The notes beneath the pieces were generated by a model. That model was given only the letters and a program-made list of their open reading frames with translations, had not been told where the DNA came from and did no database searches. Both the position numbers and the translations under genes were made by a program. From the NCBI RefSeq assembly GCF_009914755.1, contig NC_060927.1: a stretch of DNA of 64,000 bases; one strand, 5' to 3'. Positions 12,606-28,170 of this stretch are shown in pieces; position 1 is the stretch's first letter, and the number at the start of each line of letters is the position of its first letter. This DNA comes from the human T2T-CHM13v2.0 reference genome, Homo sapiens.

Positions 12606-14336
12606 GTGCTAGTTCCTCTAGTTCATTTAGACACTGAAGTTGGACAAGTGTTGTTTAGGGACTCTTCCATTTGGGGGATTTAATATACCCAATGTAAATC
12701 GCACAAGTCAGCACAGGAGAATTATCTAACTCTGATGTTATGTTGTTCAAATGTCATGATGTTTATTTCTTATCATGATGCTGCTTGTATTTTTACTTGT
12801 TTTACATGTGCCTCTTAGGAGTACGTATATAATTAAAAGCGTAACTTGTCCAGGGAATGGTTTGTAGTGTCTGAAGGGCCTCTTGTTGCTTGAAGCAGGT
12901 CATGGATTCATCATTCATATGAAGTCTTTTGTCTTCAAGTCAGGTTGTTTTGCTGATCACAAAGGTTTTCCCATAAATTCTCATCACTGCTTACTTCGGT
13001 TAATATTTCACTGATATCCTAGCTTGCCCTATTTAGTTACCCAGTGAAGCTAATAATATGGTTTATTTAACTCTGCTTCTTTTTTATATTTATCTTTTAA
13101 AATATTAGTATAGTGTCTTTAACATAGTTATACTAGTACACATGTATTGAAACAAATTGGCCTAATTAACAGAATTATAATTTTATAATTAGCATTCTCT
13201 TCCAGTAGTTAGAGAAGCAATGATATTCTAAAATACCCTAGCATTTCCATGTAAACATCTGTAATCTAGTTATCAGTTCACATTTTCAAAATAATTATTC
13301 ATATATAATTTTTAGCAATATTAGAATGTCCTTTGGTACAGCTGCAGGGGAGATGTGTTCTTTATTTCTTTTGATTATATTCACTTACATGGTCCTATAT
13401 CTTTTTTTTTTTCACTGTTTACAACCCATTTTACCTTTCTTATGTTGGTCTCACCACGATGTTAATAGCATGTTTTTTTTTTAGTTGCAACAATGCTCTT
13501 CAATAAATATTATATGCTAATTCAGGCAGAAACCACAGAAGCAGTTTCTCTTGGCTAACTTTATATGATAAACTACAAGCAGGAATAGTCACTTATCTTC
13601 AAAGGTGATATTGTAGTTTCAGTTTCTTCAAAAATAATTAATTTATGGTATACATTTTAATTTTAACTCATTATTTTATCAAATGTGCATACATATATTT
13701 AGCTAACAATATTAGGCATTAATCATTTCTGTAATTTGTGAATAGCATAATTGGTGTTAAGTTGTCCCTTCTACATTCTTTCAGTTGTAATTGTTATGTC
13801 TCCAGTTTTTTTATAATTAACAATTTATGTTAAAAATGGTGTATTTCCATATTAAAGACTTAGAATACCAAATAATTATAGTAAGTTCTCCCTTAAATGT
13901 ATTCAGTCTCTTATTGTTCTGGACTGCATTGAAACAAGTTCATTTATTTCTCCATATTTGAATTAAATGTTGTCTTCACTCCTCTCTAATTGGTATGTGC
14001 TTATTTTTCCTCCGCTGCAGGAAGGCAGCTATTTATAAATTTAACTTCTATTAGATTTTCCATCATTTGATCTTTACTGATCCCTTACAATACATTGTCC
14101 TTTATGATTCATGTTGTCTTACATTTATTACTACAAACTACATTTGTTTTACCTTATGACATTTTTAATATGCACTGTACTGTGCATAAAATATCATGTG
14201 ATCTACATGAGCAATTGGTGAGAATAGCTATTTGTATTCATTTTAATATGTCTGAATTATTATTTATGAATTTCTCACAATGGATTATCAATGTGGGATG
14301 GAGAAGGAGCAGAGAATGTCTTCTGATGTAACTCTC

Positions 14337-14338
<2 letters not shown>

Positions 14339-14376
<38 letters not shown>

Positions 14377-14394
14377 AGAGAGAGAGAGAGAGAG
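14339..14394. repeat. Compound (TG)n(AG)n microsatellite
   Basis: About 17 TG units followed by about 9 AG units. Confidence 0.95.
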
Positions 14395-16805
14395 AAGCCC
14401 AAATAGGCAGAGAAAAAGGAATAGACAAAAGCTGACAAACAAAAACAGAGAAAATAATTTTCATTAGTAATTTCAAAATTTTTTTTTTTTAGTTAAACTT
14501 ACAAAGTTTACAAACCTTTAAAAGTAAATATAACTTTTCATTCACATGTTCACCTCACAGCCTAGCATTGTACATGTTGATGGCAAATGTTTCTTGAATG
14601 CAGGCAAATTGAATTTATAAATCTCTAGTATATGTAATGGAAGTATTGAGCATTGAACCACTAAGTGTTTTCTGAATTAATATAGTAATGCACAGATTTA
14701 ATTGTTTGGATAAAATAAGGAAGTTCATAAAATTTCTAACTTCAAGTCTATAATAATTAAGTGGGGAAAACAAACCTGTAGTCAAATAATTATAATTAAT
14801 CTTAAAAAGTCCGAGTTAAAAATATAAACACATTGAAATTTTGGAGAAAGATGTAACTGACTCTGAAAGAATCAATGACATTGTACAGAGGTGATTTTTT
14901 AGCTGCTTATTGAAAAGTTTACTGTATCTTATCTGTGAAATTCGTGGGCAGGTTATGCAGTTAAAACTGCATAATGCATATATCAGTGTTTAGCAAACGC
15001 TAACAAAAAAGAATGTAGTCGATGTTACATTTACGAATATTTTTTATTATGTCCTAAATGCCCTTCCATGGGTTAACTGAAAGCAGTGTAAAAGTCAATG
15101 TGGAGTCTTATCTTATGTGAATTCAGTGAAAACGTGGTTTTAAGCAAGTTTCTACTTTCTTAAAAATTCAGGTTTATCATATTTAATATAGACGTTAATA
15201 TGACCTTCCTTGCAGGTTTAAGAAAGGTACATAGATTATGGGTATGAAAGGCACAATACGGTCATTAATTTATATACAAAACTGTGTTTTCCCTTGACTT
15301 TCCTTGGCCATTAAGGTACTGTTTCTGGTAAACCGTTTCCACTCATTCGGTGAGATCTTGAACAGCTAATATTTTTTAGATACTGATAACTTGGTATGTG
15401 AAGCTAACAGTTGGAGTTCTCAGTTTGGTGGCGAGATAAAGTTGATTCAGTGAAAAAAGTTTAGAAATAGGGACACGATGTACCCTTCACTTGGACTGAG
15501 TATATGAATACAGTGATCATGAAGGGCTTTCTAGGAGAGATCAGTCATCAATTAGGAAAAAATGAGATACAGTAGTGACAGTAAACAGAACTGAGGTAAT
15601 AGGACAAATATGCGGATTGCTGGAATGAAGAACTATGAAACCTGGGGAACTAAAGAGGCAAAGTAAGTGGTATTCTAAACAGGCTAAGTGGTATTCTATG
15701 TCCATTATTTAGCAGAGTACAAATAAAAATGTTGGATTTTTACAACCTTATATTTCAATGGCAAATATAAATTTGTTAAAATGTCCAGATAGTGTAAAAC
15801 ATGAAACCTGTGTGGTATTTCCAATTAACTCCAGTTCCTATAGCAACTTTTATTAGATAGAAAAATATCTCACTTCTTTCCATTTATGCCTAATTTGAAT
15901 CTATCTTAAAGTAATTATATGTTATTATTAACCATTTTCACTCTCTTAATACAAATGTGTGTGCTCTAACTTACTTTACATGTGCATAATTAAATAGACC
16001 TTTTCTTATCAATATCCCTGTGATAAGTAATACATGTTTATTCATATTAAATATTGTAAGCATCCTCTTATTCGTCTATATTACTGAAGGTTTTATAAAG
16101 TATTTTCCAATGATTGATTCTGCAAATGATTTAATCAAACTTTATGCATTTTTCTTTCATGGTACTTTAATACTACAAATGTTGAACTACAGGCATACCT
16201 TGGAGATATTACATGTTTGTTCCAGATCACCACAATAAAGAATATATCACAAAAAAGCATGTCACACAAATTTGTTGGTTTCCCACTGCATATAAAAGTT
16301 ATGCTTACACTATACTGTAGTCTATCAAGTATGTGATAGCATTATATTATCTGAAAGAATAATGTACAAACCTTAATTAGAAATACTTTATTACTAAAAA
16401 TGCTTATGGTCATGTGATACTTTATCAAGTTATAATATTTTGGCTGTTGGAAAGTCTTGTTGATGGTTGCTGACTGATTAGGATGGTAGTTGCTGAAGGT
16501 TGGAGTAGCTGTGACAATTTCTTAAAATAATGCAATGATGAAGTTTGCCGCATTGATTGACTCCACCTTTCATTAATGATTTCTTTGCAGTATGTGATGA
16601 TGTTTGATAGCATTTTACCCACAGCAGAACTTCTTTAGAAACTGGAGTCAATCCTCTCTAACCCTACCACTGCTTTGATAGCTAAGTTTACAAAATATTC
16701 TAAAATTTTGTTGTCATTTCAACAAGGTTCACAGCATCTCCATCTGGAAAAGTTTCCATCTCCATAAACCACTTTGTTTGCTCATGTATAAGAAGCAACT
16801 CCTCA

Positions 16806-17233
<428 letters not shown>

Positions 17234-17580
17234 TCATGAATCACAAATTATCTTAATGGCATTTAGAGTGGTGAATCTTTTCCAGAAAGTTTTCAATTTA
17301 CTTTGACCAGATTTATCAAAGGAATAGCTATCTATGGAAGCTAAAGTTTTATGAAACTTATTTCTTAAATATAGGGCTTGAAAGTGGAAATTACTCCTTG
17401 ATCCATCAGCTGCAGAATGGATGTTGTTCTTCCTGCATATCTCCATCAGAGGTCTTAGGTGACTAAGGGTATTGTTGAGAAGAAATATTTTTTTCTCCAA
17501 GCAGTAGGTCTCAACAGTGGGCTTAAAATATTCAGTAAATCACGCTGTAAACAGATGTGCTGTCATATGGGCTTTTTGTT

Positions 17581-17916
17581 TCATTTATAGATCATAGGCA
17601 GAGTAGATTTAGTATAATTCTTAAAGGCACTAGGATTTTTGGAATGATAAATGAGTATTGACTTCCACTTAAAGTCACCAGCTACATTAGTTCCTAAGAA
17701 GCAAGTCAGTCTATTATTTGAAGTTTTGAAGCCAGACATTGACACCTCCTTTCTAGCTATGACAGCCCTAAATGGCACCTTCATCCAAAATAAGCCTGTT
17801 TTGTCTACATGGAAAATCTGTTTTTTCCTGTAGCCACCTTCATCAATAATCTTAGCTAAATCTTCTGTATAACTTCTTGTAGCTTCTACACCAGCATTGG
17901 CTGCTTCACCTAGCAT
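17581..17916 (-). pseudogene. Tigger1 pogo-like DDE transposase fragment (disrupted)
   Basis: ORF-track peptide GEAANAGVEATRSYTEDLAKIIDEGGY..QIFHVDKTGLFW resembles Tigger1/TIGD1 transposase; adjacent fragments at 17234-17500 and 16425-16622 are in other frames. Confidence 0.85.
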
Positions 17917-20023
17917 TTTTATGTTTTGGAGACAGCCTTTTTCTTAAATCTCATGATCCAATCTCTGCTAGCTTCGAACTTTTCTTCTGCAGCTTCCTTA
18001 CCTTTTTTGCCTCTTTAGAATTGAAGGGAGTTACGGCCTTGCTCTGGATTAGGTTTCGGCTAAGGGAATGTGGCTGGTTTGAGCTTCTTGCAGACCACTC
18101 AAGCTGGAGCTCTTTCTTATCATTTGTGCTTAATTATTGCTTAATTTCCTGCAAGAACCATTTCTTTGCACTCTCAACTTCAGTAACTGGTGCAAGAGGC
18201 TCAGCTTTCAGCCTAACTCGGCTTTTGACATGCCTCCTTCACTTAGCTGAATCATTTCCAGCTTTCCATTTAAAGTGAAATATTTACAAATCTCAATTTC
18301 ATTTGAACATTAAGAGGATATTGTGGGGTGGTTACTATTAATAATTTTAATATTATTGTGTGCAGAGATAAGGGAAGCTGAAGGAGGAGAGAGAGAGAGA
18401 AAGAAAGTGTCAAGGGAAGGGTGGTTGGTGGAGCATCAGAACACACACAGCATTTATTGATTAAAGTTTGTCATCTTATGTGGGTGTGGTTGTGGTGCTC
18501 TAAAAAAGTTACAATAATAACATCAAAGATCAGTTATTATCATCAAAGATATAACAATGAAAACATTTGAAATACTGTGAAAAAATACCGAATTGGGACA
18601 AAGATATGAAGTGAGCATATGCTTTTGAAAAAAAGCAGTTTGTAGACTTGCTCGGCTTAGGGTTGCCACAAACCTTCAGTTTGTAAAAAGCCATGCAGTA
18701 TCTGCAAAGCAGAGTAAAGCAAAGTGCAGTAAACATGCCTGAATTGACCATATTTCTTACTAGCTCTAGCTAAGTAAAATAGGCTCTATAACATATTAGC
18801 TTGTATTTCATAATTTCAACTCTTCACTCTTAAAGTAATATCATTCCTCCTATGTAATATGAAATTGCCAATAAAAATCTTTTATTGCCCATTTAAAACA
18901 TATTTCTTCCTATTTTCATTTAATAGCTGACCGTGAATGATGAAAGAATAATCCTTATACAATTAAAAATGCCTATAAGAAGTTTTGATACTTTCACTGA
19001 AATTTAGCAATATGATTTTGAAACAACTTGGTTTTATCGAAATAAAAAGTGATGGTTTCACTAGAGCTCAAATGAACAAAAGCTTTGCCTTGCATGGTTA
19101 GGTCCTTGTATAGTTAACAACAATTTAAATAATCCCTCAGAATTTAGTTTTTTCATTGTTTTTAAAAATTTATAAAATGGTGACCTTTTAATAAATTTTT
19201 TGACATTCACTGTAAATAGGATGCACAGATATTTTAATCAGTTTAAATTAATTTGTTGAATTTTTAGTAACCTATTTTGATTTAATTTTATTGATTTCAA
19301 ACCAATTTTTTGTAGGAATAAAATTCCTATTTGACTATTTGTTACTTAATAATATGTACCTTGCCACTCTACCCTTCAGAGTTTACACTCCAAAAGTAAG
19401 GCCCTACTTTAGATCATTTCTTCCTGTAATTTTGGCAGTGACCTCCTATTTCGACCTTATTTACGTTCCATCTCCTCTAAGAAGATCACTCTTACAAACA
19501 CAGAGAGATTAGTTGCTTGTTCCTCACTATTACTTAGGCACATTTTGTCTCTTCAAAAATTGTATTCATGACACTATAATGTAATATTTTTAAAATCCTT
19601 GCCCCCTCAGACTAAAACATTAAAAAAATTTCCATCTATCACAGTGCTAAAACAAATTCATGGTACCAAATTTAACGTATATCTAGAATTTGATACACTA
19701 GTTAAATACCTGTGTTCTATGTTTTGCTAGGAGCTTTGATTAAATATAAACATAAAATCCTATCCTGATATTTTGACAGAACAATAAAAACTAGGAGAGA
19801 CCATAAAATAATTTGTACTACTATCTTTTTCTTTGCCTAAAGAATGATATAGGGACATTTAACTCAGAAATAGAACAAGTTTAAAGCTAATACAGAAAAG
19901 AACTTATAAAAATAAAATGAAGATTTTCCTAAATTATTATGTAATTAATAATGAATTTAGCACTGAGAAAATGAGTGGTTTTACAGATAATATAAATATA
20001 CTTTTTAAAACTACTTTACTTAA

Positions 20024-20327
20024 TTTTTTTTTTTTTTTTTGAGATAGGATCTTACTCTGTCACCTAGGCTGGAGTGCAGTAGTGTAATCGTGGCTCACTG
20101 CAGCCTCCACCTCATGGGCTCAAGCAATCCTCTTGCCTCAGCCTCCTGAGAAGCAGGGAATACATGCAGGTGCCACCGTGCCTGGTTAATTTTTCTAAAA
20201 AAAAAATTGTAGAGACAGGGTCTCACTATATTTCTCAGGCTGATCTCAAACTCCTGAGCTCAAGCCATTCCACCACTTCAGCCTCCCAAAGTGCTGGGAT
20301 TCCAGGTTTGAGCCAACCTACCAGGCT
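20024..20327 (-). mobile_element. AluJ
   Basis: Poly-T, then ggctcactgcagcctcc..gggctcaagcaatcctc (J-type); TSD aaaacta(c/t)ttta at 20007 and 20330. Confidence 0.92.
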
Positions 20328-21050
20328 TGAAAACTATTTTAAACATACTGTTTGAAAATCTGTTTAAATTACAGATATCTTTATATTTTGAAGCATGATT
20401 TCTATCTAGGACTATAAATAAATACTACTACAAATGTTATAAGTTTATGTAATTCTTTTAGATTTTTCTCCTGAAGTTCTATCTATATAGAAAATCACAG
20501 TGAATTTTTACATCGAGATAGATACAGAAGTATTAAATTATGTAAATAAGAGACACTAAAATCAAAATATGCCATAATTTTAGAAAAATAATTCAAATTA
20601 TGTTTAAAAAGAGTAAAAAGTAGCTTATGCATGTAATAGTAATAAAATAGATCATAGATTATAATAAAAATAACTTGATACCAGTAACATATTATTTAAA
20701 AACTTTTCTAGTTTCCTATTACAATATATTTGTAATGCTCACCAGAAAAAAAAAGATGTGAAGTTGGACATCATAATACATGAGTATTTAATTTGGAGGT
20801 CAAATTAACATCACCTTCTGATGATTGAACCTGGAATATTCTCTTAACGTTTTTAGAAATCTCTTTTGTGTCTCTATGATATTGAATCTCCATAGTATAT
20901 AATTTTCTCTCAGAAATAGCTCAAACTAATTCAAAAATAAAAACCTAAAGCAAAAGCAAACAAATGAACATTAAGCACTACAACAACAACAAAATACTTC
21001 ATGAAGAGCCGGAAAAGAAAAGAAGAAAAAACAAAACACTACAATGACCC

Positions 21051-21611
<561 letters not shown>

Positions 21612-22054
21612 GAATTTAGGTCATTCTATGAGCTGATTTAAGTAACTTTTTTCAGACTGTCTTGATAAAATAGCTAAGATTTTCTAAGAAGTTATGCTTT
21701 TCATTGTCTTTTTTTCTGTTTTAAGTTTTCAATTTTATTTGATCTTAATCTACTTTATATCTACTTGGATAATAAACATAAATACATTTATATCTTTTTA
21801 TGATTTATTAATTTACAAACTTAAAATTTATTAAATATTAAGTTGCTAAGAAAGATGAAGAACTTGTATTAGTAATATTTTTATTAAACTTCATAATTAT
21901 AATATTGGAAATGGTTTGGAATTTGTCATGGTCTTGTCCTCCTCAAATAAATAATATTTAAGGCCATAACCTCCCCCCCTTCAAAAAATAAAATAAAACC
22001 ACAACATTACAGGAGGAGCCTACTAGGCAGAATCAGTTACTTTGGAAGAAATAA

Positions 22055-22055
<1 letters not shown>

Positions 22056-22092
<37 letters not shown>
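22056..22092. repeat. (TG)n microsatellite
   Basis: About 18 units seen directly. Confidence 0.95.
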
Positions 22093-22095
<3 letters not shown>

Positions 22096-24278
22096 CATAC
22101 ACATGACAATAGCATGTTATTTCAAAATTTAGAGTTTGTTCATCATGTGTTTAAAATACTTGCGTGAAACATGTTTTAATGCAAATGCACAATCTGCCTT
22201 CAGAATAAGTGTTGACTCTTATTTTCTTTCTGAGGATACACTTTTTATCTCAAAGATATTGATCTAAGCTGTCTGTTCCAAATCTCTCAGAAAACGGATA
22301 AATGAAAGTTTCATCACTGACTATTCATTTCATCCTCTGAACATTTATTTTTATTTTTAGAGGTATTTCTGCTTTATATCTTGGGTAACAGACATTTTAT
22401 TTTATGAGAACCACACTTCATTTAAGTAAAACGTTATATTTTGCATATATATTTATAATCTCTTCATATTCTTCTCATGTCTTTCTATTTCATATCAGTT
22501 GCCATAGTAAAATCTTCCTTCCAAGGAAATCTCAAATTTTACTACTATCAGCAGCCATCAATTTTACTGAATTTGAAATTATAAAGTATTCTAAAACATT
22601 CTTGACTAAAGTATTTTTATCTAGTGGTTTAATGGTAAGCCTGAAAAGGACTAATATGTATGATTTAAAGTAGGTGAAAACGAAATAAAGACATTTAAGT
22701 TCAGTTAAGGACATGAATTACAGAGAGTCTCTTTAAAATAAGAAAACCAACTGGCATACTTTTAATTTGAATCATTTAATTTGACAAACATTTGGCTTAT
22801 GCTGTTTTTATAAGGTCAGCTTGACAGGTTGATAAACTGTATCTCTTGAAAGGAGTTTTTTTGTTTTTAATCAGGGCATAAGAAAGCCCTCCTGTTTCCT
22901 TTCTCCTTTGTTTTGTGTATATTTCTAGTATAATCATCATGAACCTCTATTGCAGTTAGATACATGTATAAATCCCCCAGTAGAATTTAAATCTCTAGTA
23001 AAAGACTGTTTTAATCTTTGCCTCCCTGACAAATGTCCAACACATAATTCCTTACATATTGTCTACAACACTGTATGATGATGCAAATGTCATATGAAGG
23101 CACTAAATGTTAGCATCTCAGAAAGGAGTGATTTGCCTTGCACTTTTTACATTATTGATATGATTGAGTTTTGAGTTTTCTTCTATATATAACCTACATT
23201 TTCCAGGCTCTAGGTTAATTCGCAGACCTCACAAAACCCAAATTTAATTTGAAGATTTTAAGTATGCTTTGTTATAACACCCTTTTATGTAACGTTACTA
23301 GAAACGTTTTAATAAAAGTACAATTGTAGGACTATAACAAAGGGATAGCAATAAAGGAAGGTGTATGACTTAGTCAGATAAGACTTGCCATAGGGAAAAG
23401 TAGAGCAGCTTTAATATCCATACAGATGGATCGGAAACCAACAGTGAATTGAAAAATGCAAAGTTTTGCTCACAAGGTGACCTGGGAAAAATGCATTTGC
23501 AGGGGGTGAAGATTTTGCTGGTTTAATAATAAATAGGTATACATAAATAATTAATTTGTGACAGTTTTAATGACAACCCAGCCACAGGAGAAGACAAATC
23601 TACATATTGAAAGAAAGCAGTTAAAATGTTGACTTGCAGAATGACAGAGGTAAAGAGGATACATTTAAGTGGAGACAGGCAGCTTGTCTAAATATGGCTA
23701 ATATTAAATACAGGTGATTATAGCATTTGAAATTGAAATTAAAAATAATCTCTGATTCACTTATTTTAAAATTGCCAAGTCCCCTCAGCTGCATATTTCA
23801 CCAGGTGCTGGTGCAGTTGGAACAACAAGCATATCCAATGATTTAAAAATAACATTCACGGGTGTCACCTGATGTCACTCCAGATAAGAAATGATGTTCC
23901 CAATCAGAGAGAACACTCTCTAGTATTCATCTTAACACCTCCTAAACCTGTGCTACATATTTATGTCATGAATTTTAAAATAATCTTTTGGATATTGAAC
24001 ATATTAAATTAAGCTTTTTGAAAGTTGTAAACACAGACAAGAAATGGAAGACTTTCATTCTGGAAACTGTGTGTACAGAACTCCTTTTACATGATTGAGC
24101 TTAAAGATATTAAATATGCTGTGATTTGTTTTTCCTCCAAAATACTACAAACTGAGTTAAATATTAGGGTAGTATTCATGATTTCTTATTCTTCAAAAAG
24201 ATATTTAAGATCTACAATTTTAGGCTTCTCAAGTAGACAGCTTTTTAAATACGTTGGTTCAGATTTGAGGAAGGAAGA

Positions 24279-24471
24279 AACATTTATCAAGGCACTCAGG
24301 CAAGCAATGTGCTAAGTGCTTTGTGTGCATTTACTTTTCCCAGTAAAAGTCTTCTGAGGAGAGTATTTTTTCTTTTTTACAGATAAAGTAACTGAAGTCC
24401 TGAAAGGTTAAGTTGATTTCCCGAGATCAGAAAGAAACTCAAATTCTCTCGAAGCCCAAGCCTTTTCCATT
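24279..24471 (-). mobile_element. MIR SINE relic
   Basis: atgtgctaagtgcttt ... ttttacagataaagtaactgaagtcctgaaaggttaagttgatttcccgagatca. Confidence 0.65.
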
Positions 24472-25543
24472 TATGTACTTAAATATTTCTGTAAAGGTTA
24501 TTTCTCAAATTTCTCTGGAAAGAAGTAATAAAATAATTTTAAAATGCATTGATATTACTTCCCATCATTTCCCCCTCATTTGACCTCAGACTCTGTAAAT
24601 AAAGAGTCTTGAATCACAAATGCATTTATTACTATTTCTAAATGCACAGATTGAGCTTCTCAGGCATCTTAAAAAAAAAACATACAGAAGAAAAAACACA
24701 CAGCCACCTTGAAACATGTTGCTGCACACTGCAGGCGTTTCCAATTAGTCTGAAAGTGAACTAACAACTTGATTTAAAACACTACTAGCTCTCTGTTTTC
24801 CAGAACCTTTGAAAAGTTCACAAATGGGCACCTTGTAATAATGTTATAAAGCAATTCTGGGTGAAAAGATAGTTGACAGGATCGTAGAACATAAAACTCA
24901 AAATAGCAGAGAGAAGACAAATGAACATGAAATATCAGTAACACATAGTTATTTTGATGATTTAAATACATTTATAAACCATGTCTTACCTCCAAAGGTC
25001 ATGGAAATCTGGAAGAAAAATAGAAACTTAAAGGAAACATCAGATAAGAAAAGTCTAGCACGGATAAATTGCTATTTTAGAAATTTTCCAGATAAAGCTG
25101 TACAATACTAGCTATTGGTCTTTTATATGTGGTTTTTATTGTTTCGAGGTATGTTCCTACTAGTCCAGTTTCTTAAGAGTTTTTATCATGAAGGAATGTT
25201 GAGTTTTATCAAACTATTTTTAGCATCAATTGAAATGATATGTTTTTTGAACTTTGTTCTATTGATATGATGTATCACATTGATTGATTTGTGTATGTTG
25301 AACCATCCATGTCTCCCTGGGGTAAATGCCATTTAGTCATGATGAATATCTTTTTACTGGTTTGTTGAACACAATCAGCTAGCATTTTATTGAATATTTT
25401 TGCATTAATGTTCGTCAGGGATACTGGCCTGTAGTTTTCATTTTTTGATGTCTGTTTGGTTTTGGTATCTGTTCCGGTATCTGGTATGTACTGGCCTTGT
25501 TGAATGAATTAGGAAGTATTCTCTTTTCCTCTATTTTTGGGGA

Positions 25544-25844
25544 TTTTTTTCTTTTTTCTTTTTTGAAACAAGGTCTGGCTCTGTTGCCCAGGTTGGAGTG
25601 CAGTGGTGCAATCATGGCTCACTGCATCTTCTGCCTCCCAGGCTCAAGCCATCCTCCCACCTGAGCCTCGGAGTAGCTGGGACTGCAGGTATATGCCACC
25701 AAGCCCGGCTAATTATTGTACTTTTTTGTAGAGATGAGTTTTTGCCATGTTGCCCATGCTGACCTCAAACTGCTGAGCTGAAGTGATCCACCCACCTCAG
25801 CCTCCTAGAGTAGAAGATTACAGGCATGAGGCACCACACCAGCC
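25544..25844 (-). mobile_element. AluJb nested in L1
   Basis: atcatggctcactgca..ggctcaagccatcctcccacc J-type right arm; full dimer. Confidence 0.9.
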
Positions 25845-27807
25845 AGAATAGTTTGAGTAGTATTGATGTTACTTCATTAAATGTTTGGTAAAATTCAGCA
25901 GTGAAGCCATCAGGGTCTGGGCTTTTTTGCTGAGAGACCTTTAATTATGGCCTCAATCTCATTACTTGTCATTTGTCTTTTCAAGTTGTGAATTTCTTCA
26001 TGGTTCAATCTTGGTAGGTTGTACTTGTGTAGGAATTTATTTATTCATTTCTTCTAGGTTTTCCAATTTATTGGCATATAATGATCACTCATAGTAGTCA
26101 AAAATGAGCCTTTTAATTTCTGTGTTATCAGTTGTTATGTCTACATTTTCATTTATAATTCTATTTCTTTGCATCTTTTCTCTCTCTCTCTCTCTTCTTA
26201 GCCTGGCGATAGGTTTGTCTATTACATTTATCTTTTCTAAAAACCAGCCTTTTGATTTGCTGATATTTTGTATAATTTCTTTCATTCCAATTTCATTTAT
26301 TACTGCTCTGATCTATTTTACTTCATTTCTTCTACTAATTTGGGGTTTGGTTTGTTTTTGCTTTTTGGGTTCTTTAAGATGTATCATTAGGTTATTTGAA
26401 GTTTTTCTATTTTTTTATGTAGGCACTTATTGCTATAAACTTTCCCTTAGTACTGGTTTTGTTGTATTTTATAGGTTTAGTATGCTGTGTTTCAATTTTC
26501 ATTTGTTCAAGAAATCTTAAATTTTCTTCTTAATTTCTTCATTAGCCTTCTGGTCACCCAAGAGTTTACTAATTTCCATATGTATGTATAGTTTCCAAAA
26601 TTCCTCTTTGTGTTGATTCCTAGTTTAATTTCATTGTGGTTAGAGAAGATAGTTGAGATAATTTCAATTTTTTAATATTTAAAACTCGTTTTGCAGCTTA
26701 GCATATGGTCTATTTTCAGAATAAGCCATGTGCTGAGGAGAACAATGTGTACTCTGCAGGTATTGTATGAAATATTCTGTAAATATCTGTTAGGTCTATA
26801 TGCTATATAGTACAAGTTAAGTCTGATGTTTCTTTTTTTGATTTTCTGTCTGGATGATTTTTCAAATGCAGAAAGTGGGGTGCTGAAGTCTCAGCTCCTA
26901 TTGTTTTGGGGTCTGTCCCTCTCTTATCTCAAATAATATTTGCTTTATATATCTGGGTGCTCCAGTGTTGGGTGCATATATATCTACAACTGTCATATCC
27001 TCTTGTTGAATTGTCCCCTTTATCACTACATAATGACCTTCTTTGTCTCTTTTTATAATTTTTGTCGTGAAATCTATTTTGTCTGATACAAATATAGCTG
27101 CTCCTCCTCTTTTCTGGTTTCCATCTACATGGAAATTTTTTTCTATCTCTTTTTGTTCAGTGTATGTGTGTCTTTATAGATAAAGTGTATTTCTTGTAGG
27201 ATCATTGGGTTTTGTTTCTTAATATATTCGGCCACCCTAAGTCTATTGATTGAAGAGTTTAGTCCATTCACATTCAGTGTTGTTATTGATAAGTAAGGAC
27301 ATACTCCTGCCATTTTGTTATTTGTTTTCTGGTTGTCCTGTGGTCTTATATCCCTTCTTTCTTTCCTTCCTGTCTTTGTCTTAGTGTAGGTGGTTTTCTC
27401 CAGTGGCATGTTTTATTCTTGCTTTTGATTTTTTATATATCTGTTGAATGTTTTTAGATTTCAGGTTACTATGAGGATTACAAGTAATATCTTTCAATTC
27501 ATTATTTTAAACTAATGTCAGCTTAACAATAATTGAATGAACCAACAAGTAAACAAATAAGCAAAGAGGAAACTAATAAAAATTCTACAATTTAACTTCA
27601 TCTCACACTTCTAAATTTTCTGTTGCATCTATTTATATGTTATTTTACTATGTCTTGAAAAATTGTTATAGGTATTTTTTGATATGTTTATCTTTTAGAA
27701 AGATAAAACCACTCAAGATATGAGTGGTTTATACACCCCAATTACAGTGTTATAATATTCTGCATCTTACTATTACCAGTGAATTTTTTGCCTTCAGATA
27801 TTTTCTT

Positions 27808-27817
27808 CTTTTTCTTC

Positions 27818-27876
<59 letters not shown>

Positions 27877-28170
27877 CTTTCTTTCTTTTAATGGAGTCTC
27901 ACACTGTCACCCAGACTGGAGTGCAATGGCGCAATCTCCGCTCACTGCAACCTTCGCCTCCTGGGTTCAAGGGCTTCTCCTGTCTCAGAGACTCCCTAGT
28001 AGCTGAGACTATAGGTTTACGTCACCACACCTTGCTATTTTTTGAATTTTTAGTAGAGACGGGGTTTCACCATGTTGGCCAGGCTAGTCTCAAAGTACTG
28101 ACCTCAGGTGATCTGCCTACCTTGGCTGCCCAAAGTGCTGGCATTACAGGTGTGAACAACCGTGCCTGGA
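27808..28170 (-). mobile_element. AluS (Sx/Sq-like) with (TTTC)n tail, nested in L1
   Basis: caccatgttggccaggct..gacctcaggtgatc; TSD cttcag(a/g)tattttctt at 27792 and 28171; tail expanded to a TTTC microsatellite at about 27820-27889. Confidence 0.92.

Noticed and set aside
14953-14974. 10-bp inverted repeat ttatgcagtt-aa-aactgcataa
   Set aside because: Short, inside a probable MIR relic, and with no other support for function.
17234-17916. Domesticated TIGD-like gene
   Set aside because: The transposase is split across frames, the element carries an Alu insertion, and it retains terminal repeats, as expected for an ordinary decayed Tigger1.
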